Virus record (IMG/VR): IMGVR_UViG_3300032315_001715
Coordinates: 310,001-374,000 of that record
Reading direction: 5' to 3' (one strand)
Length of the DNA: 64,000 nucleotides
Shown: positions 37,478 through 47,155 of the stretch, piece after piece
How the letters are laid out: every line of letters begins with the position of its first letter
How positions within the stretch are numbered: position 1 is the first letter of the stretch
The notes under the pieces: generated by a model
Told to the model about the DNA's origin: nothing
The model's database searches: none
What the model saw: the letters and a program-made list of their open reading frames with translations, nothing else
Program-made: the position numbers and the translations under genes

Positions 37478-37650
37478 CATGTTGCTCCTTTGAAGCGATA
37501 GAGTAGTCAGGGACTGCAATCCCGTGGACTACATTTATTTATAACAATATACAACTTATCACTTGACGGTAGTGCCCGCTACTGCTATATTCTTTGAGAG
37601 TCAATATGACCAATCTCAAGGAAGGTAACGGTCGCGGCCGTACCTAGATC

Positions 37651-38127
37651 CTACAAGGTGGTCAACCATTCTTCAAACGCCAGTCGGTCGTCGACTGGCT
37701 TTTTTGCGCCAGCGATCATTCGGTCCGGCATGAATTCCTGGAATTCATTGATAACACAGCACTTCTTGGGCCAGGTATTGGTAACAAACGTTTCTTTGAT
37801 TTTTTTTGAGATCTCAACTGAATGCTGATCTAGAAAACTGCGGGAATCAATGCCGTTGGATTGATTCCAGTTGGCATGTGCGGCTTGATATCTGCAAATG
37901 CCTGGACTGGCTTTCCACGAACCTATGTGTTCACTCAACTGAAACTCCCACAAGGAGTATCTAGTCAACAGATTTTCAGAATATCGATCCTCATATTTTT
38001 TTACAAACGGTATGAATAACTTATAATAACCGTGGGTATTTTTTTTATATTCGTCGACATTGAACTGCTCATAAAAGCCAACGTTGGTGCTTTTTCTAAA
38101 ATCGACTCTCATCATTAGGTACATCAA
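37651..38127 (-). CDS. hypothetical protein
   Basis: 158 aa ORF, AAGGA RBS; ends in TAG. Confidence 0.5.
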   Translation of the reverse strand: MMYLMMRVDFRKSTNVGFYEQFNVDEYKKNTHGYYKLFIPFVKKYEDRYSENLLTRYSLWEFQLSEHIGSWKASPGICRYQAAHANWNQSNGIDSRSFLDQHSVEISKKIKETFVTNTWPKKCCVINEFQEFMPDRMIAGAKKPVDDRLAFEEWLTTL

Positions 38128-38195
38128 TCAATCCTTGACATTTGGTCTATCATGTGTTATTTAATAATAATACACGTAAGCTGAAGGTGTAAGCA

Positions 38196-38417
38196 ATGCG
38201 ATATTCGAATCCAGTTCAACGAGATCAACCAGTTAAGGTGACCTGCATTGACAACGGGAAAACCATTGATGCGATCCTAGTGGATCGATTCCAGGAGAAG
38301 ATTGTCGTTGAACTACCTGGTGGTATTCGAATGACCATGCATAGACATCAAACGCAAACGAATATATACATTACAAACAACAGTGGGATGGAATTCCAAT
38401 GCAAACTAACAACGTAA
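38196..38417 (+). CDS. hypothetical protein
   Basis: TTGACA at 38136 upstream; similar to 29501-29722. Confidence 0.6.
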   Translation: MRYSNPVQRDQPVKVTCIDNGKTIDAILVDRFQEKIVVELPGGIRMTMHRHQTQTNIYITNNSGMEFQCKLTT

Positions 38418-38710
38418 ACGCAGCAGCCAATACCACACCGGCTACTTTTCCGAAACCGTTGTTTTCTTATATCGGTCGAATGTACCATGCCGTGGTTGCC
38501 GCAGGGATACCGGTTGGTTCTCTTAATCGAGATCGTGCTGACACGGTGGTAAGGGATCTATCAAGGACCAATTGGAAGAAAGATAATCTTGACATACACG
38601 CCATGTGGAACAGCGGTGGTGATACGTGGGGACAACTGATCAAGGATGTTAAGAGCTATGCAAAGGATGTAAGCAAGCACCAACGATCGGAAAAATCGAC
38701 CAAAACCTGA
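38399..38710 (+). CDS. hypothetical protein
   Basis: 103 aa, overlaps upstream gene. Confidence 0.55.
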   Translation: MQTNNVNAAANTTPATFPKPLFSYIGRMYHAVVAAGIPVGSLNRDRADTVVRDLSRTNWKKDNLDIHAMWNSGGDTWGQLIKDVKSYAKDVSKHQRSEKSTKT

Positions 38711-38789
38711 CTGCACCGGCAGTTGCATCCTCCATGAACATAGATTGATGTTATCGACGATCTATAAACATAATTTTGGAGGATGTGAA

Positions 38790-38876
38790 ATGTTACGATA
38801 TATTGAAATACGTGCCGCTGAAGGCGGTGATGATAGCAAGCTGTTTGTTCGAGATTTGGCTAATATGGTCCGTTGA
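38790..38876 (+). pseudogene. truncated class I peptide chain release factor-like gene
   Basis: GGAGG RBS + MLRYIEIRAAEGGDDSKLFVRDLANMVR*, matching the LEVRAGTGGDEAALFAGDL motif of RF1/RF2/PrfH; not in ORF track. Confidence 0.7.
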
Positions 38877-38887
38877 TAAATAACTAC

Positions 38888-39850
38888 ATGCTGCTCAATG
38901 AAATATGGCCAGATGATGATTTAATAGATCTTACCGAGGCTGGCATCAAGGATCGCCTCGGTAAGTTTGCCATGGCTGGTGCCCTGGGCGCAGGATTGCT
39001 AGGCGGCGGGTACGGCGTTGGAAAATTGATAGGCGGAGCAGGCAATGCTCCGCAGCCTGCGGCAATTAGTTCTAACCCGTCGGTATCATCTCCCGAAACC
39101 CCCGATCCAACCGCGAATCGCCCATCTACTCAGACCGCTGCTTTCGGGGGTAATCAGGTTCGTGCAGGCGGTGATCCGCACGCCGGCTATCCGAGCGCGC
39201 TGCATTCACAGTCGTCGGCACAACGTCTCGATAGAATTAGAAATTTTACCAATTCGTTGAGACCGTTGATGCAACATGCTAATTCAGTCATACTGGCTGA
39301 CAGGAATAAGCTGATTAGGATTTCGGCTCTTGGTAATCGCGCTACCAACAATGATCGAGCTTGGCTGACCCATCAGATGCAGAGATATGATGTGGAACAG
39401 ATCGGTGCAAATGGTCAACGACGGCCCATGTCTGAGCTAATACGAGACCTGCTGATGAGGATTGACATCATTCCGGATGATCTAGCCATGGCACAAGCTG
39501 CATTGGAAACTGGATGGGGAACGAGTGATCTTGCTAGACAAGGCAATAATTTGTTCGGGCAAAAAGCCACCGGACGGCACCAGGATGCGCAGAAAATACG
39601 CAACGTTGACGGGCTTGATTATAGATCGTACACCAATCCTAGTCTCAGCATCCAAAGCTACACCCATAACCTCAATACACATCCGAGATATGCGGATTTT
39701 AGGCAAGCCAGAGCGCAGCTACGTCGTCAACAGGGAATGAACCCGCAGCTCATGGCAAGGGAATTATCAAAACATCTGCAGGCCTATAGCACCAGCCCAA
39801 CCTATATGGCTGATTTAAATCGAGTGATGAACACCTTGCGTGGTATATGA
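38888..39850 (+). CDS. glucosaminidase (GH73/Bax-like) domain protein
   Basis: AMAQAALETGWG, NNLFGQK, NLNTHPRY, YSTSPTY; start moved to 38888 after ATAAATA. Confidence 0.82.
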   Translation: MLLNEIWPDDDLIDLTEAGIKDRLGKFAMAGALGAGLLGGGYGVGKLIGGAGNAPQPAAISSNPSVSSPETPDPTANRPSTQTAAFGGNQVRAGGDPHAGYPSALHSQSSAQRLDRIRNFTNSLRPLMQHANSVILADRNKLIRISALGNRATNNDRAWLTHQMQRYDVEQIGANGQRRPMSELIRDLLMRIDIIPDDLAMAQAALETGWGTSDLARQGNNLFGQKATGRHQDAQKIRNVDGLDYRSYTNPSLSIQSYTHNLNTHPRYADFRQARAQLRRQQGMNPQLMARELSKHLQAYSTSPTYMADLNRVMNTLRGI

Positions 39851-39888
39851 TTATTGATCATTTTGTAGAAATTTGATTAAAATCAATA

Positions 39889-40275
39889 ATGATCGATATC
39901 AGCATTATCACCGGAAAAATATTCACATCAACTCCGAGCCCTAGCAACGCTAATCCCAAAAGGATGTATGTTAAAATATTTCCTGGCTCGTTTAGCTTGC
40001 AAGCACCTCGGCCCAAGAAGGCAAAGGTGTTGTCTGGGGAACTATTAGTACGATACAGTGGTAGGGAGTGGCCTATCAAGAAAAATGGTGAATTGGTTGG
40101 TGATCAAGGTTTCCTTCAGGGAATATCAACATTGCTTAGGACCGCTAATCTGATAAACGTTGAAGATATCGTGTGGAGCGATAGTCAACGGACAATCAAG
40201 GATACCGTAACCATTAAGGTTGGTAGCAAGCTAGCCCAGGAGATCATTGATCGAGGATGGGCTCAACTGGAATAA
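39889..40275 (+). CDS. hypothetical protein
   Basis: 128 aa ORF. Confidence 0.6.
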   Translation: MIDISIITGKIFTSTPSPSNANPKRMYVKIFPGSFSLQAPRPKKAKVLSGELLVRYSGREWPIKKNGELVGDQGFLQGISTLLRTANLINVEDIVWSDSQRTIKDTVTIKVGSKLAQEIIDRGWAQLE

Positions 40276-40303
40276 ATATCACTTGATATAACGGGGATGT
40301 TCC

Positions 40304-40747
40304 ATGGATAATCTAGTAAACGGCCTTAAGGTGCTCCTAGCATCAGATTTTGTTTTGTATCTCAAGACACATTCGGCACACTGGAATGTAAAGGGCATGT
40401 TTTTCAAAGAGCTGCACGAGCTGTTTGGAGATCAATACCAAGATCTCTGGAACAACGTTGATACCATTGCCGAAAAAATACGCATGCTAGATGCCGAAGT
40501 TACGCTAACACCCCAGGAACAACAAAGCCTATCAATAATTGAGCCAGATCAGCTGATACAAGACGGTGTTGGTTATTGTAAGACCCTGCTAAATGATCAC
40601 AACCGCATGATCATGCTGCTAAACAAGGTCTTTGTCCTTGCCGAAGCTGATCGGAATCAAGCGGTGATGAATTATATCGCAGATAGGCTGGATGCCCATG
40701 CAAAGCATCGTTGGTTCTTAAAAGCGACAATTGATCGCGCAGTTTGA
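40304..40747 (+). CDS. dps: Dps/ferritin-like protein
   Basis: HSAHWNVKG..FKELHELFGDQY, DTIAEKIR, HAKHRWFL. Confidence 0.9.
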   Translation: MDNLVNGLKVLLASDFVLYLKTHSAHWNVKGMFFKELHELFGDQYQDLWNNVDTIAEKIRMLDAEVTLTPQEQQSLSIIEPDQLIQDGVGYCKTLLNDHNRMIMLLNKVFVLAEADRNQAVMNYIADRLDAHAKHRWFLKATIDRAV

Positions 40748-40775
40748 CAATTAATCTAAACATATATTATAAATA

Positions 40776-40868
40776 CCTTCTGACAGGGTTAGAAGGGGTC
40801 CCAAAGCTAAAACTCCTTCCATAGGGTTGAAAGGCCCGCTGTGGGTTAATAGCCTCCAAATTGGAAGG
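40776..40868 (+). promoter_or_regulatory. structured leader upstream of speD
   Basis: TATAAATA 40768-40775; hairpin 40776-40796; three-way junction 40815-40868 closing over the RBS region. Confidence 0.5.
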
Positions 40869-40876
40869 GTAGATAG

Positions 40877-41296
40877 ATGGACTGTTTTGAACACTTTATC
40901 CGTGATGCCGGTAGCATCTATGTCGGCAATCATCTCATCGTGGATCTATGGGGAATTGAAAACCATTTCAATCCGGATGAAATTACCGAGACTTTTATAC
41001 ATTCATGCCAAGATGCTGGTGCAACCGTCTTATTCAGCCATTGTCATCCTTTTGGACCAGATTGCGGAACTACCGGGGTCATAGTATTGGCTGAAAGCCA
41101 TCTAAGCTGGCATCATTATCCAGAGGTCAACATGATCAGCATAGACATTTTCATGTGCGGCGTTGCTGATCCAACGAAAGCCATGCCTCGGATCAGGGAT
41201 TTTTGGCGTCCAACCCATATGGACAAATCCAATCTTAGGCGAGGATGCGTTGAGGAGCACAAGCTGGTTAAGCGATTGACAGGTGCTGATTCGTAG
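40877..41296 (+). CDS. speD: S-adenosylmethionine decarboxylase proenzyme
   Basis: GNHLIVDL, GTTGVIVLAESH (E|S cleavage), HHYPE, DIFMCG; ends in TAG. Confidence 0.92.
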   Translation: MDCFEHFIRDAGSIYVGNHLIVDLWGIENHFNPDEITETFIHSCQDAGATVLFSHCHPFGPDCGTTGVIVLAESHLSWHHYPEVNMISIDIFMCGVADPTKAMPRIRDFWRPTHMDKSNLRRGCVEEHKLVKRLTGADS

Positions 41297-41304
41297 TGTA
41301 TGAT
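41276..41304 (+). promoter_or_regulatory. sigma70-type promoter
   Basis: TTGACA-N17-TATGAT. Confidence 0.65.
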
Positions 41305-41332
41305 GCATTGAGAACCATCGGAGCAATGTCAC

Positions 41333-41671
41333 ATGTTAACCTCACGGTATTCGATACAATGGGTTGGTCGCTGTCGCTATCAAACTGAGAGAGAAAAATC
41401 AGACAAGGTCTGGGGATGGTTTTATTATGTCGATCCTACCGCACCAGACTCGCGACAAACCTATGCCTATGTATTTTGGGGACCCACAGGTAAGACCCTG
41501 AATTTCAAGCGTCACGATGCTAGCCTATTTTCAATGACCAAGTTGGTTAGATCCAAAATTGATCGTAAATACCAAGAGATCACCGTCGACGAGTTTCAAT
41601 CTCTATGGCCGGATCTTTACGAAACCGTAAATAACAAGTTCATTTTCCATCTACTAGCCAACGACATATAA
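41333..41671 (+). CDS. hypothetical protein (WGR-like)
   Basis: KSDKVWG...VFWGPTGK...K..RKYQ. Confidence 0.6.
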   Translation: MLTSRYSIQWVGRCRYQTEREKSDKVWGWFYYVDPTAPDSRQTYAYVFWGPTGKTLNFKRHDASLFSMTKLVRSKIDRKYQEITVDEFQSLWPDLYETVNNKFIFHLLANDI

Positions 41672-41675
41672 ATCC

Positions 41676-42011
41676 ATGCGCGATATTGTTAAAATCACCA
41701 ATGCTGCAAAAAGATACATCAATCAACGATGTGATGGCATTAATTCCGTCGTTGGCATACGGATCAACGGGAAAGGGTGTTCGGGCCATGCTTACGAATA
41801 TTCCCTTGTAGACCCGGCATCGGTTGGTCCAATGGACGAACTTATCACATGGAATGGTGGCGGATTGACGATTTCTGCCCTTAGCGTGATGTACATGATC
41901 GGATCTACCCTTGATGTGAAATCGTCCGCAATGGAAGAACATCTATATTGGACAAATCCCAATGCAGCTGATCATTGCGGCTGTGGTGAAAGTTTTTCAT
42001 TGAAATCGTGA
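41676..42011 (+). CDS. iscA: IscA/HesB Fe-S assembly protein
   Basis: GKGCSG, NPNA..HCGCGESF. Confidence 0.9.
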   Translation: MRDIVKITNAAKRYINQRCDGINSVVGIRINGKGCSGHAYEYSLVDPASVGPMDELITWNGGGLTISALSVMYMIGSTLDVKSSAMEEHLYWTNPNAADHCGCGESFSLKS

Positions 42012-42046
42012 TTGCATGAGCTCACTCCGATTGATATAATTAACGG

Positions 42047-42685
42047 ATGAGAACCACCTATACAAGCCGATTGTTTTACAACAAGTATCCGTACAAGATA
42101 GTGTTTGTGCGCAATGCAACCATCGGTGACCCGGACTATCATCTAGGCTGGACGATACATAACTGCAAATGTTGGCTAGACATCAACAACATCGATCATC
42201 GGATGTATAATCGGATACAATATCTTGGTCGACATGATCACCCAAAGACCAAGGTGGTTGTAACTGGTATCGTGTTTTTGTCATCAAAAAAATCATTTGA
42301 TAAAGTTATTAGGAAGTGGAAATCCGTTGTTGACAGCGTGGTCATTCCGTATGATCAATCCCACATTGATGTTTTAAAAAACAACACTAAAATATTGATT
42401 AGATCAACATATCTTTACAATAGATTCAAATACGTTGTTACATTTACTCGGGCATGGGAAGAATCGATAGACGATCTATCTGAGTGGATTGAGAACAGCT
42501 TTCTTGACAGGGATCAGGCTGACGGAGAGATAAAATATGCTAAAAACGGATGGAATCCGCGCATATATCTAACTTCCGAAGCCGATTTGGTCTTAACAAA
42601 GCTTACCTGGGGGGAGCGCATCAAGGAAATCACCGTTGTATGCACGATAGATGAGCTGGAGTCTAGCAAAAATCCCAAGCCATAA
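42047..42685 (+). CDS. hypothetical protein
   Basis: LFYNKYPYK motif; TTGCAT-N17-TATAAT upstream (42012-42040). Confidence 0.7.
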   Translation: MRTTYTSRLFYNKYPYKIVFVRNATIGDPDYHLGWTIHNCKCWLDINNIDHRMYNRIQYLGRHDHPKTKVVVTGIVFLSSKKSFDKVIRKWKSVVDSVVIPYDQSHIDVLKNNTKILIRSTYLYNRFKYVVTFTRAWEESIDDLSEWIENSFLDRDQADGEIKYAKNGWNPRIYLTSEADLVLTKLTWGERIKEITVVCTIDELESSKNPKP

Positions 42686-42712
42686 ATATGCGATATTGTT
42701 TGGACGATATCG

Positions 42713-45307
42713 ATGGATCTTCCTAGTTGGGTAACACTACCAAATCTTGGCACATATTCGCAGGACTATAGCTTTGACCTAAATCCATTGGTCATAAGTT
42801 TTTCCGCCGGATCAAATACCAATGTTGTTCTATTAAATGGGTCGTTGCCAATTGGGCTTAAATGGGTACAGGATGATGTTTCAAATTTCGTAACGATAAG
42901 CGGTGTTGCCCATCCGATCACGTCAACCATCAACGGGCAGTTCACATTTCGAATCATACAAACCGACGGTCAGTTGGCTGACCGAACATTTTATCTACAG
43001 CTTAACCCGTTGCCGGTATTGCCGAGCTGGGAAAATCAAGAAGGGTTTCTCGGATATCAGGGCAATGTTAATCCGAGCTCGTATCAATTGCTAGCAACAC
43101 CGCCGGCCGGTCAACACGTAACATATGGGTTGCTGACAACACCAACCGGTATGTCAATCAATTCGATCACCGGGTTGTTGACCTATAATGCCAGCGTTAT
43201 CAGCACCAATGCTTCGGTGATATTCAATGTTAGGGCATATGCTAGCTCTACGAGCAGCGACAAGGATTTCAGCATCGACGTCGTGGTAAATCCGTTAGCA
43301 CCAAAATGGACCACATCATCTGGGTCGATTGGCACCTACTACGGAAACGATTTCATCGAATTTAATTTTGAAGCCACTGATGTAACCGGTGCCGGTATAA
43401 CATATTCTTTGGTGTCAACCCCACCCGAATTCTCCCTAAGCCTATCATCGACCGGCGTTCTATATGGTCGATTTGAGAATCCAGTTGCTGAGACCACGTG
43501 GGCGTTCACGGTTAGGGCCGCCAGCACCAACGGTAACTCCGATCGAACCTTTTCGGTAACATTGGTACCGTCTGATCTGTACAGCTTGTTGGTCTGGGAG
43601 ACCAACGCAGATCTAGGCGAGATATACGAGGGGCAATACATTGAGCTGCTGATCAAAGCCCGAACCGAACGAAGAACCACGATAGTTTACAGTGTCGTCG
43701 GAGGATTGTTACCACCACATCTGATGCTGAATTCGACCGGCGCATTGATGATGGGATATGTTGACTATCATGCCATTGGCAAGACCTACATGTTTGATAT
43801 CCGAGCAACGGACGGATATCAAACCATCACCAGGCAGTTCGTGCTTAGGATCGAAAAACGATACAATGATCAGTTTTTTGGCGCATACATACCGATAACC
43901 GGTGAGCTGAGAGAAGCCTGGGCGTCGGATGTTTCCAACATCCGGGCCAGGGAACCCGGTACCGTGACGGTTAACAACATCATTGATATCATTGATCCGC
44001 CATTCATGAACATCGTCAACGGTGTTGTTACCGGATATAAAACACCGGATCAGTTGGTTGATCAAGCGTCTCCGTGGTTGCATACCATGGACCTTCGTTT
44101 AGGTGCGGTTAATAACTCCCATACCATCACGTCATCAATAGTACAAACATCGGACAATGTTGCCGTTCTAAGCACATTGTATCGAGAAATCGTTGACCAA
44201 CAAAATGGAGCAAATGTATCGGTCTATAGCCAGTCGGTTTACAATACCAACGTGCAAACCAATGGGATGGTCTATCCCATTAGTATTGAAAATCTAAGAA
44301 AAGCCTTCGTCGACGATCGCGGATATATCACCGGTGGTAGCGGCTCAGGATTGGTGTTGCAACCGGTATTGGACTGGAACACGGGTGCGTTAATCGACGC
44401 ATTGATCATAAAAAACGGCACGGGATACAAGAGCCCGCCGCAGCTAACCATTACCGGATCGGGTACTGGAGCAGCCGCTGCTGCCATTCTTGGATTGATT
44501 GATGTTAGCATAGTAAATGGTGGCCAAAATTGGCAGATCGGTGATATCATTAGCATACCAGGTAATCCATACGGCGGATTGGCCAAGATTTTGGTAACCC
44601 AGATCGGAACCAACGGGTCAATCGGCGCGGTATCGATCATCGATGCAGGTGATTATCGTCAGGTGCTTGCGGTCAATACCATCTCAATATACCAAGACGG
44701 CATCGCAGTATGTGTCATACAACCGACCTGGGGTATCGTTGCCGTAAACATTGCGTCAGGCGGAGCTGGGTATGGCTGTGGAATCAACATCGTAACCATC
44801 GGCGGAGAGATATTGCCTCCATGGCAGTCAACATATTTCCCGGCCATGGAGATCGGTAAGACACCGGTGGTCACCGCCAATCACGCCGCTGGCATCCTAA
44901 ACTACGAAACAGGATCTCTATGGGGGTCACCATGGACACCAAACTATCTGGTATTCAAATGGGAAGGCCTTAGATGGGTTGGTAGCACCATATTTGAAAG
45001 CGATGAAACCGGTTTTGATGGGGACACCACACAGTTTGAGGAAACCGAGGACGCCCGACTTACGGTCTTTGACAATCAACTGACGATCTTTAACACCGGA
45101 TCGGTGACGTTTGATTATTATGATCCGTTATATTACGACCTTTGGCAAACATGGGGAGGTACTCTCATCGATGAAGGAACCACCGTGTTTGATCTGTATT
45201 CAACGATATTTGATGCACTGAGACCTCGCCGATCGAGCAATACCTTGGTACAAAAATGGATCACCATGCAACATCGAGTCTACTCGGGCAACAACGCGGT
45301 TTGGTGA
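42713..45307 (+). CDS. large virion structural protein with Ig-like repeats (baseplate-type)
   Basis: Repeated P.W....G.LG...F.A...Y.L..G.L..TG units; ATAAATA upstream. Confidence 0.7.
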   Translation: MDLPSWVTLPNLGTYSQDYSFDLNPLVISFSAGSNTNVVLLNGSLPIGLKWVQDDVSNFVTISGVAHPITSTINGQFTFRIIQTDGQLADRTFYLQLNPLPVLPSWENQEGFLGYQGNVNPSSYQLLATPPAGQHVTYGLLTTPTGMSINSITGLLTYNASVISTNASVIFNVRAYASSTSSDKDFSIDVVVNPLAPKWTTSSGSIGTYYGNDFIEFNFEATDVTGAGITYSLVSTPPEFSLSLSSTGVLYGRFENPVAETTWAFTVRAASTNGNSDRTFSVTLVPSDLYSLLVWETNADLGEIYEGQYIELLIKARTERRTTIVYSVVGGLLPPHLMLNSTGALMMGYVDYHAIGKTYMFDIRATDGYQTITRQFVLRIEKRYNDQFFGAYIPITGELREAWASDVSNIRAREPGTVTVNNIIDIIDPPFMNIVNGVVTGYKTPDQLVDQASPWLHTMDLRLGAVNNSHTITSSIVQTSDNVAVLSTLYREIVDQQNGANVSVYSQSVYNTNVQTNGMVYPISIENLRKAFVDDRGYITGGSGSGLVLQPVLDWNTGALIDALIIKNGTGYKSPPQLTITGSGTGAAAAAILGLIDVSIVNGGQNWQIGDIISIPGNPYGGLAKILVTQIGTNGSIGAVSIIDAGDYRQVLAVNTISIYQDGIAVCVIQPTWGIVAVNIASGGAGYGCGINIVTIGGEILPPWQSTYFPAMEIGKTPVVTANHAAGILNYETGSLWGSPWTPNYLVFKWEGLRWVGSTIFESDETGFDGDTTQFEETEDARLTVFDNQLTIFNTGSVTFDYYDPLYYDLWQTWGGTLIDEGTTVFDLYSTIFDALRPRRSSNTLVQKWITMQHRVYSGNNAVW

Positions 45308-45350
45308 TATCGCTTGCCGATAAATAACACAAACACGCGGCGGAACGAGC

Positions 45351-47108
45351 ATGACATCAAATATCAACACATTCGGAATCAATGTTAATTTTCCGGTAAG
45401 CGGACTAAGCAACAACAGCCAGGGTTTTCGCGATAATTTCTCGGTTATCAAGGCTGGACTTAACATTGCCGGTGCTGAAATAACGGCATTGCAAGCCATT
45501 GCCACCAGCGGTATTACCGGTCCACAGGGACCGACTGGCCCCAATGGAGGTCCAACTGGTACTACCGGTCCGACCGGAACCATCGGATCGACCGGCCCTA
45601 GGGGGTTGCAGGGAATCGTTGGACCCCGAGGGGAAACTGGTTGGACCGGTCCGAGTGTTACCGGTCCGACAGGATCGACGTCGACGGTAACCGGTCCGAC
45701 CGGTTATACTGGCATTACTGGTCCAACCGGAAGTCTTGGTGCAACTGGCAACCAAGGTCCGACCGGGGCAGCATCAATCACGACAGGGCCAACTGGCAGC
45801 CGAGGTTTAACCGGATATACCGGCCCAACAGGTCGAGGATTCACTGGCCCGATCGGATCAGCAGGCGCTAGAGGCCCCACTGGTCCATCTGGACCTCGGG
45901 GTATCGTTGGTGCAACTGGTCCCAGAGGCATTGCTGGTCCAACGGGCAGGGTAGGTCCAAGCGTCACCGGTCCGATCGGACCGCCGGGCATTACCGGCCC
46001 GACCGGATCAAGAGGGTTGCTAGGAAGTACCGGCCCGGGTGCCAGCTTGCAAACTTCTTATAACTCCAGTGTCACCGGCGTAATAACCTTAAATGCCAGC
46101 GTGGGTCCTCTGACCGTAAAGGATGGATCTCCAACGGTCAGTGACCTTTTCAAGGTCACTGACTCAACCGGATCAATCGTTTATCTAGGTGCAAGCACGT
46201 CGGCGGTGTCGATAAACACAAACGTTGCAGCATCATTGACCACCGCTTGGAAAGTTCCGGGATACAACAGCAACCACCTGTTTAGCAACGAGATTGACGG
46301 TGCATCAAATACTAACACATTATATCTACAAAGCGCTGGCAACTTCAATGACGGCGGGCAAATTGTTTTTGGTACTGGATATCCAAACAGTGACGGCCGC
46401 CGAGAGGAATCAGCTAGGATCAGCCCGCAGGGATATGTTGGCATCGGGACAACAGACCCTGCACACAAGATTGACATCTACGCTCCAACAACCGCAAGCA
46501 TGAGGATTGGTACCGCCAATTCGTTGGCGGTATTTTCGGTATCAAGCGGACAGCTATCAATTAGTACCAATCCGTTGCACAACGTTAGGATTGGCGGAAC
46601 AACACTGGTTGTTAACACCGCCAGTGGCAATGTGGGAATTGGCACATCGTCTCCGATCGCAACATTGCAGATTAACAAAAGCAATCCAGGTGGTGTTGGA
46701 CCGATTTTAAGCCTTAGGAACGCCACCGGAAACGTCGGAGATACGGCACAAATACGATTTGATGTTGGTGGACTGTTACCGAACGGTACGATAGATTGGG
46801 TAACAGCAACCGGCGGTGATAGCCGCATGTCAATCAGCACCACCAGCAGCGGAGTTCTCGGTGAGAGATTGAGAATTGACGATGCGGGCAATGTTGGCAT
46901 AGGCACGACCGTGGCCACCTCGTCGTTGACGGTTGGCGGATTGATCGAAACACTCATCGGAGGCGTGAAGTTCCCCGATGGATCAGTACAGGACACATCA
47001 GCACTGGAATACACCATGGGCAATGTGATGAATTGGACCAGCAACGTTTACACGGTTGCCGATGCACTGGATCAGATTGCTGCTAGGATAACCGCGCTGG
47101 GCGGTTAA
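45351..47108 (+). CDS. collagen-like tail fibre protein
   Basis: [11 protein letters not shown]-terminus, long G-X-Y (GPT/GPR) tract, G.VGIGT repeats. Confidence 0.8.
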   Translation: MTSNINTFGINVNFPVSGLSNNSQGFRDNFSVIKAGLNIAGAEITALQAIATSGITGPQGPTGPNGGPTGTTGPTGTIGSTGPRGLQGIVGPRGETGWTGPSVTGPTGSTSTVTGPTGYTGITGPTGSLGATGNQGPTGAASITTGPTGSRGLTGYTGPTGRGFTGPIGSAGARGPTGPSGPRGIVGATGPRGIAGPTGRVGPSVTGPIGPPGITGPTGSRGLLGSTGPGASLQTSYNSSVTGVITLNASVGPLTVKDGSPTVSDLFKVTDSTGSIVYLGASTSAVSINTNVAASLTTAWKVPGYNSNHLFSNEIDGASNTNTLYLQSAGNFNDGGQIVFGTGYPNSDGRREESARISPQGYVGIGTTDPAHKIDIYAPTTASMRIGTANSLAVFSVSSGQLSISTNPLHNVRIGGTTLVVNTASGNVGIGTSSPIATLQINKSNPGGVGPILSLRNATGNVGDTAQIRFDVGGLLPNGTIDWVTATGGDSRMSISTTSSGVLGERLRIDDAGNVGIGTTVATSSLTVGGLIETLIGGVKFPDGSVQDTSALEYTMGNVMNWTSNVYTVADALDQIAARITALGG

Positions 47109-47155
47109 TGTAATGTTTTCAATAAATATCGTCACGCAGAAATTGGAGGATCATA

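Noticed and set aside
40776-40868. Known SAM-I or spermidine riboswitch
   Set aside because: Lacks the SAM-I core (AUC..GAG, kink-turn, pseudoknot); kept only as an unassigned leader.
45500-46040. Repetitive ACCGGTCC-like DNA as CRISPR or tandem array
   Set aside because: Explained by collagen G-P-T codons; no repeat-spacer array or cas gene anywhere in the window.
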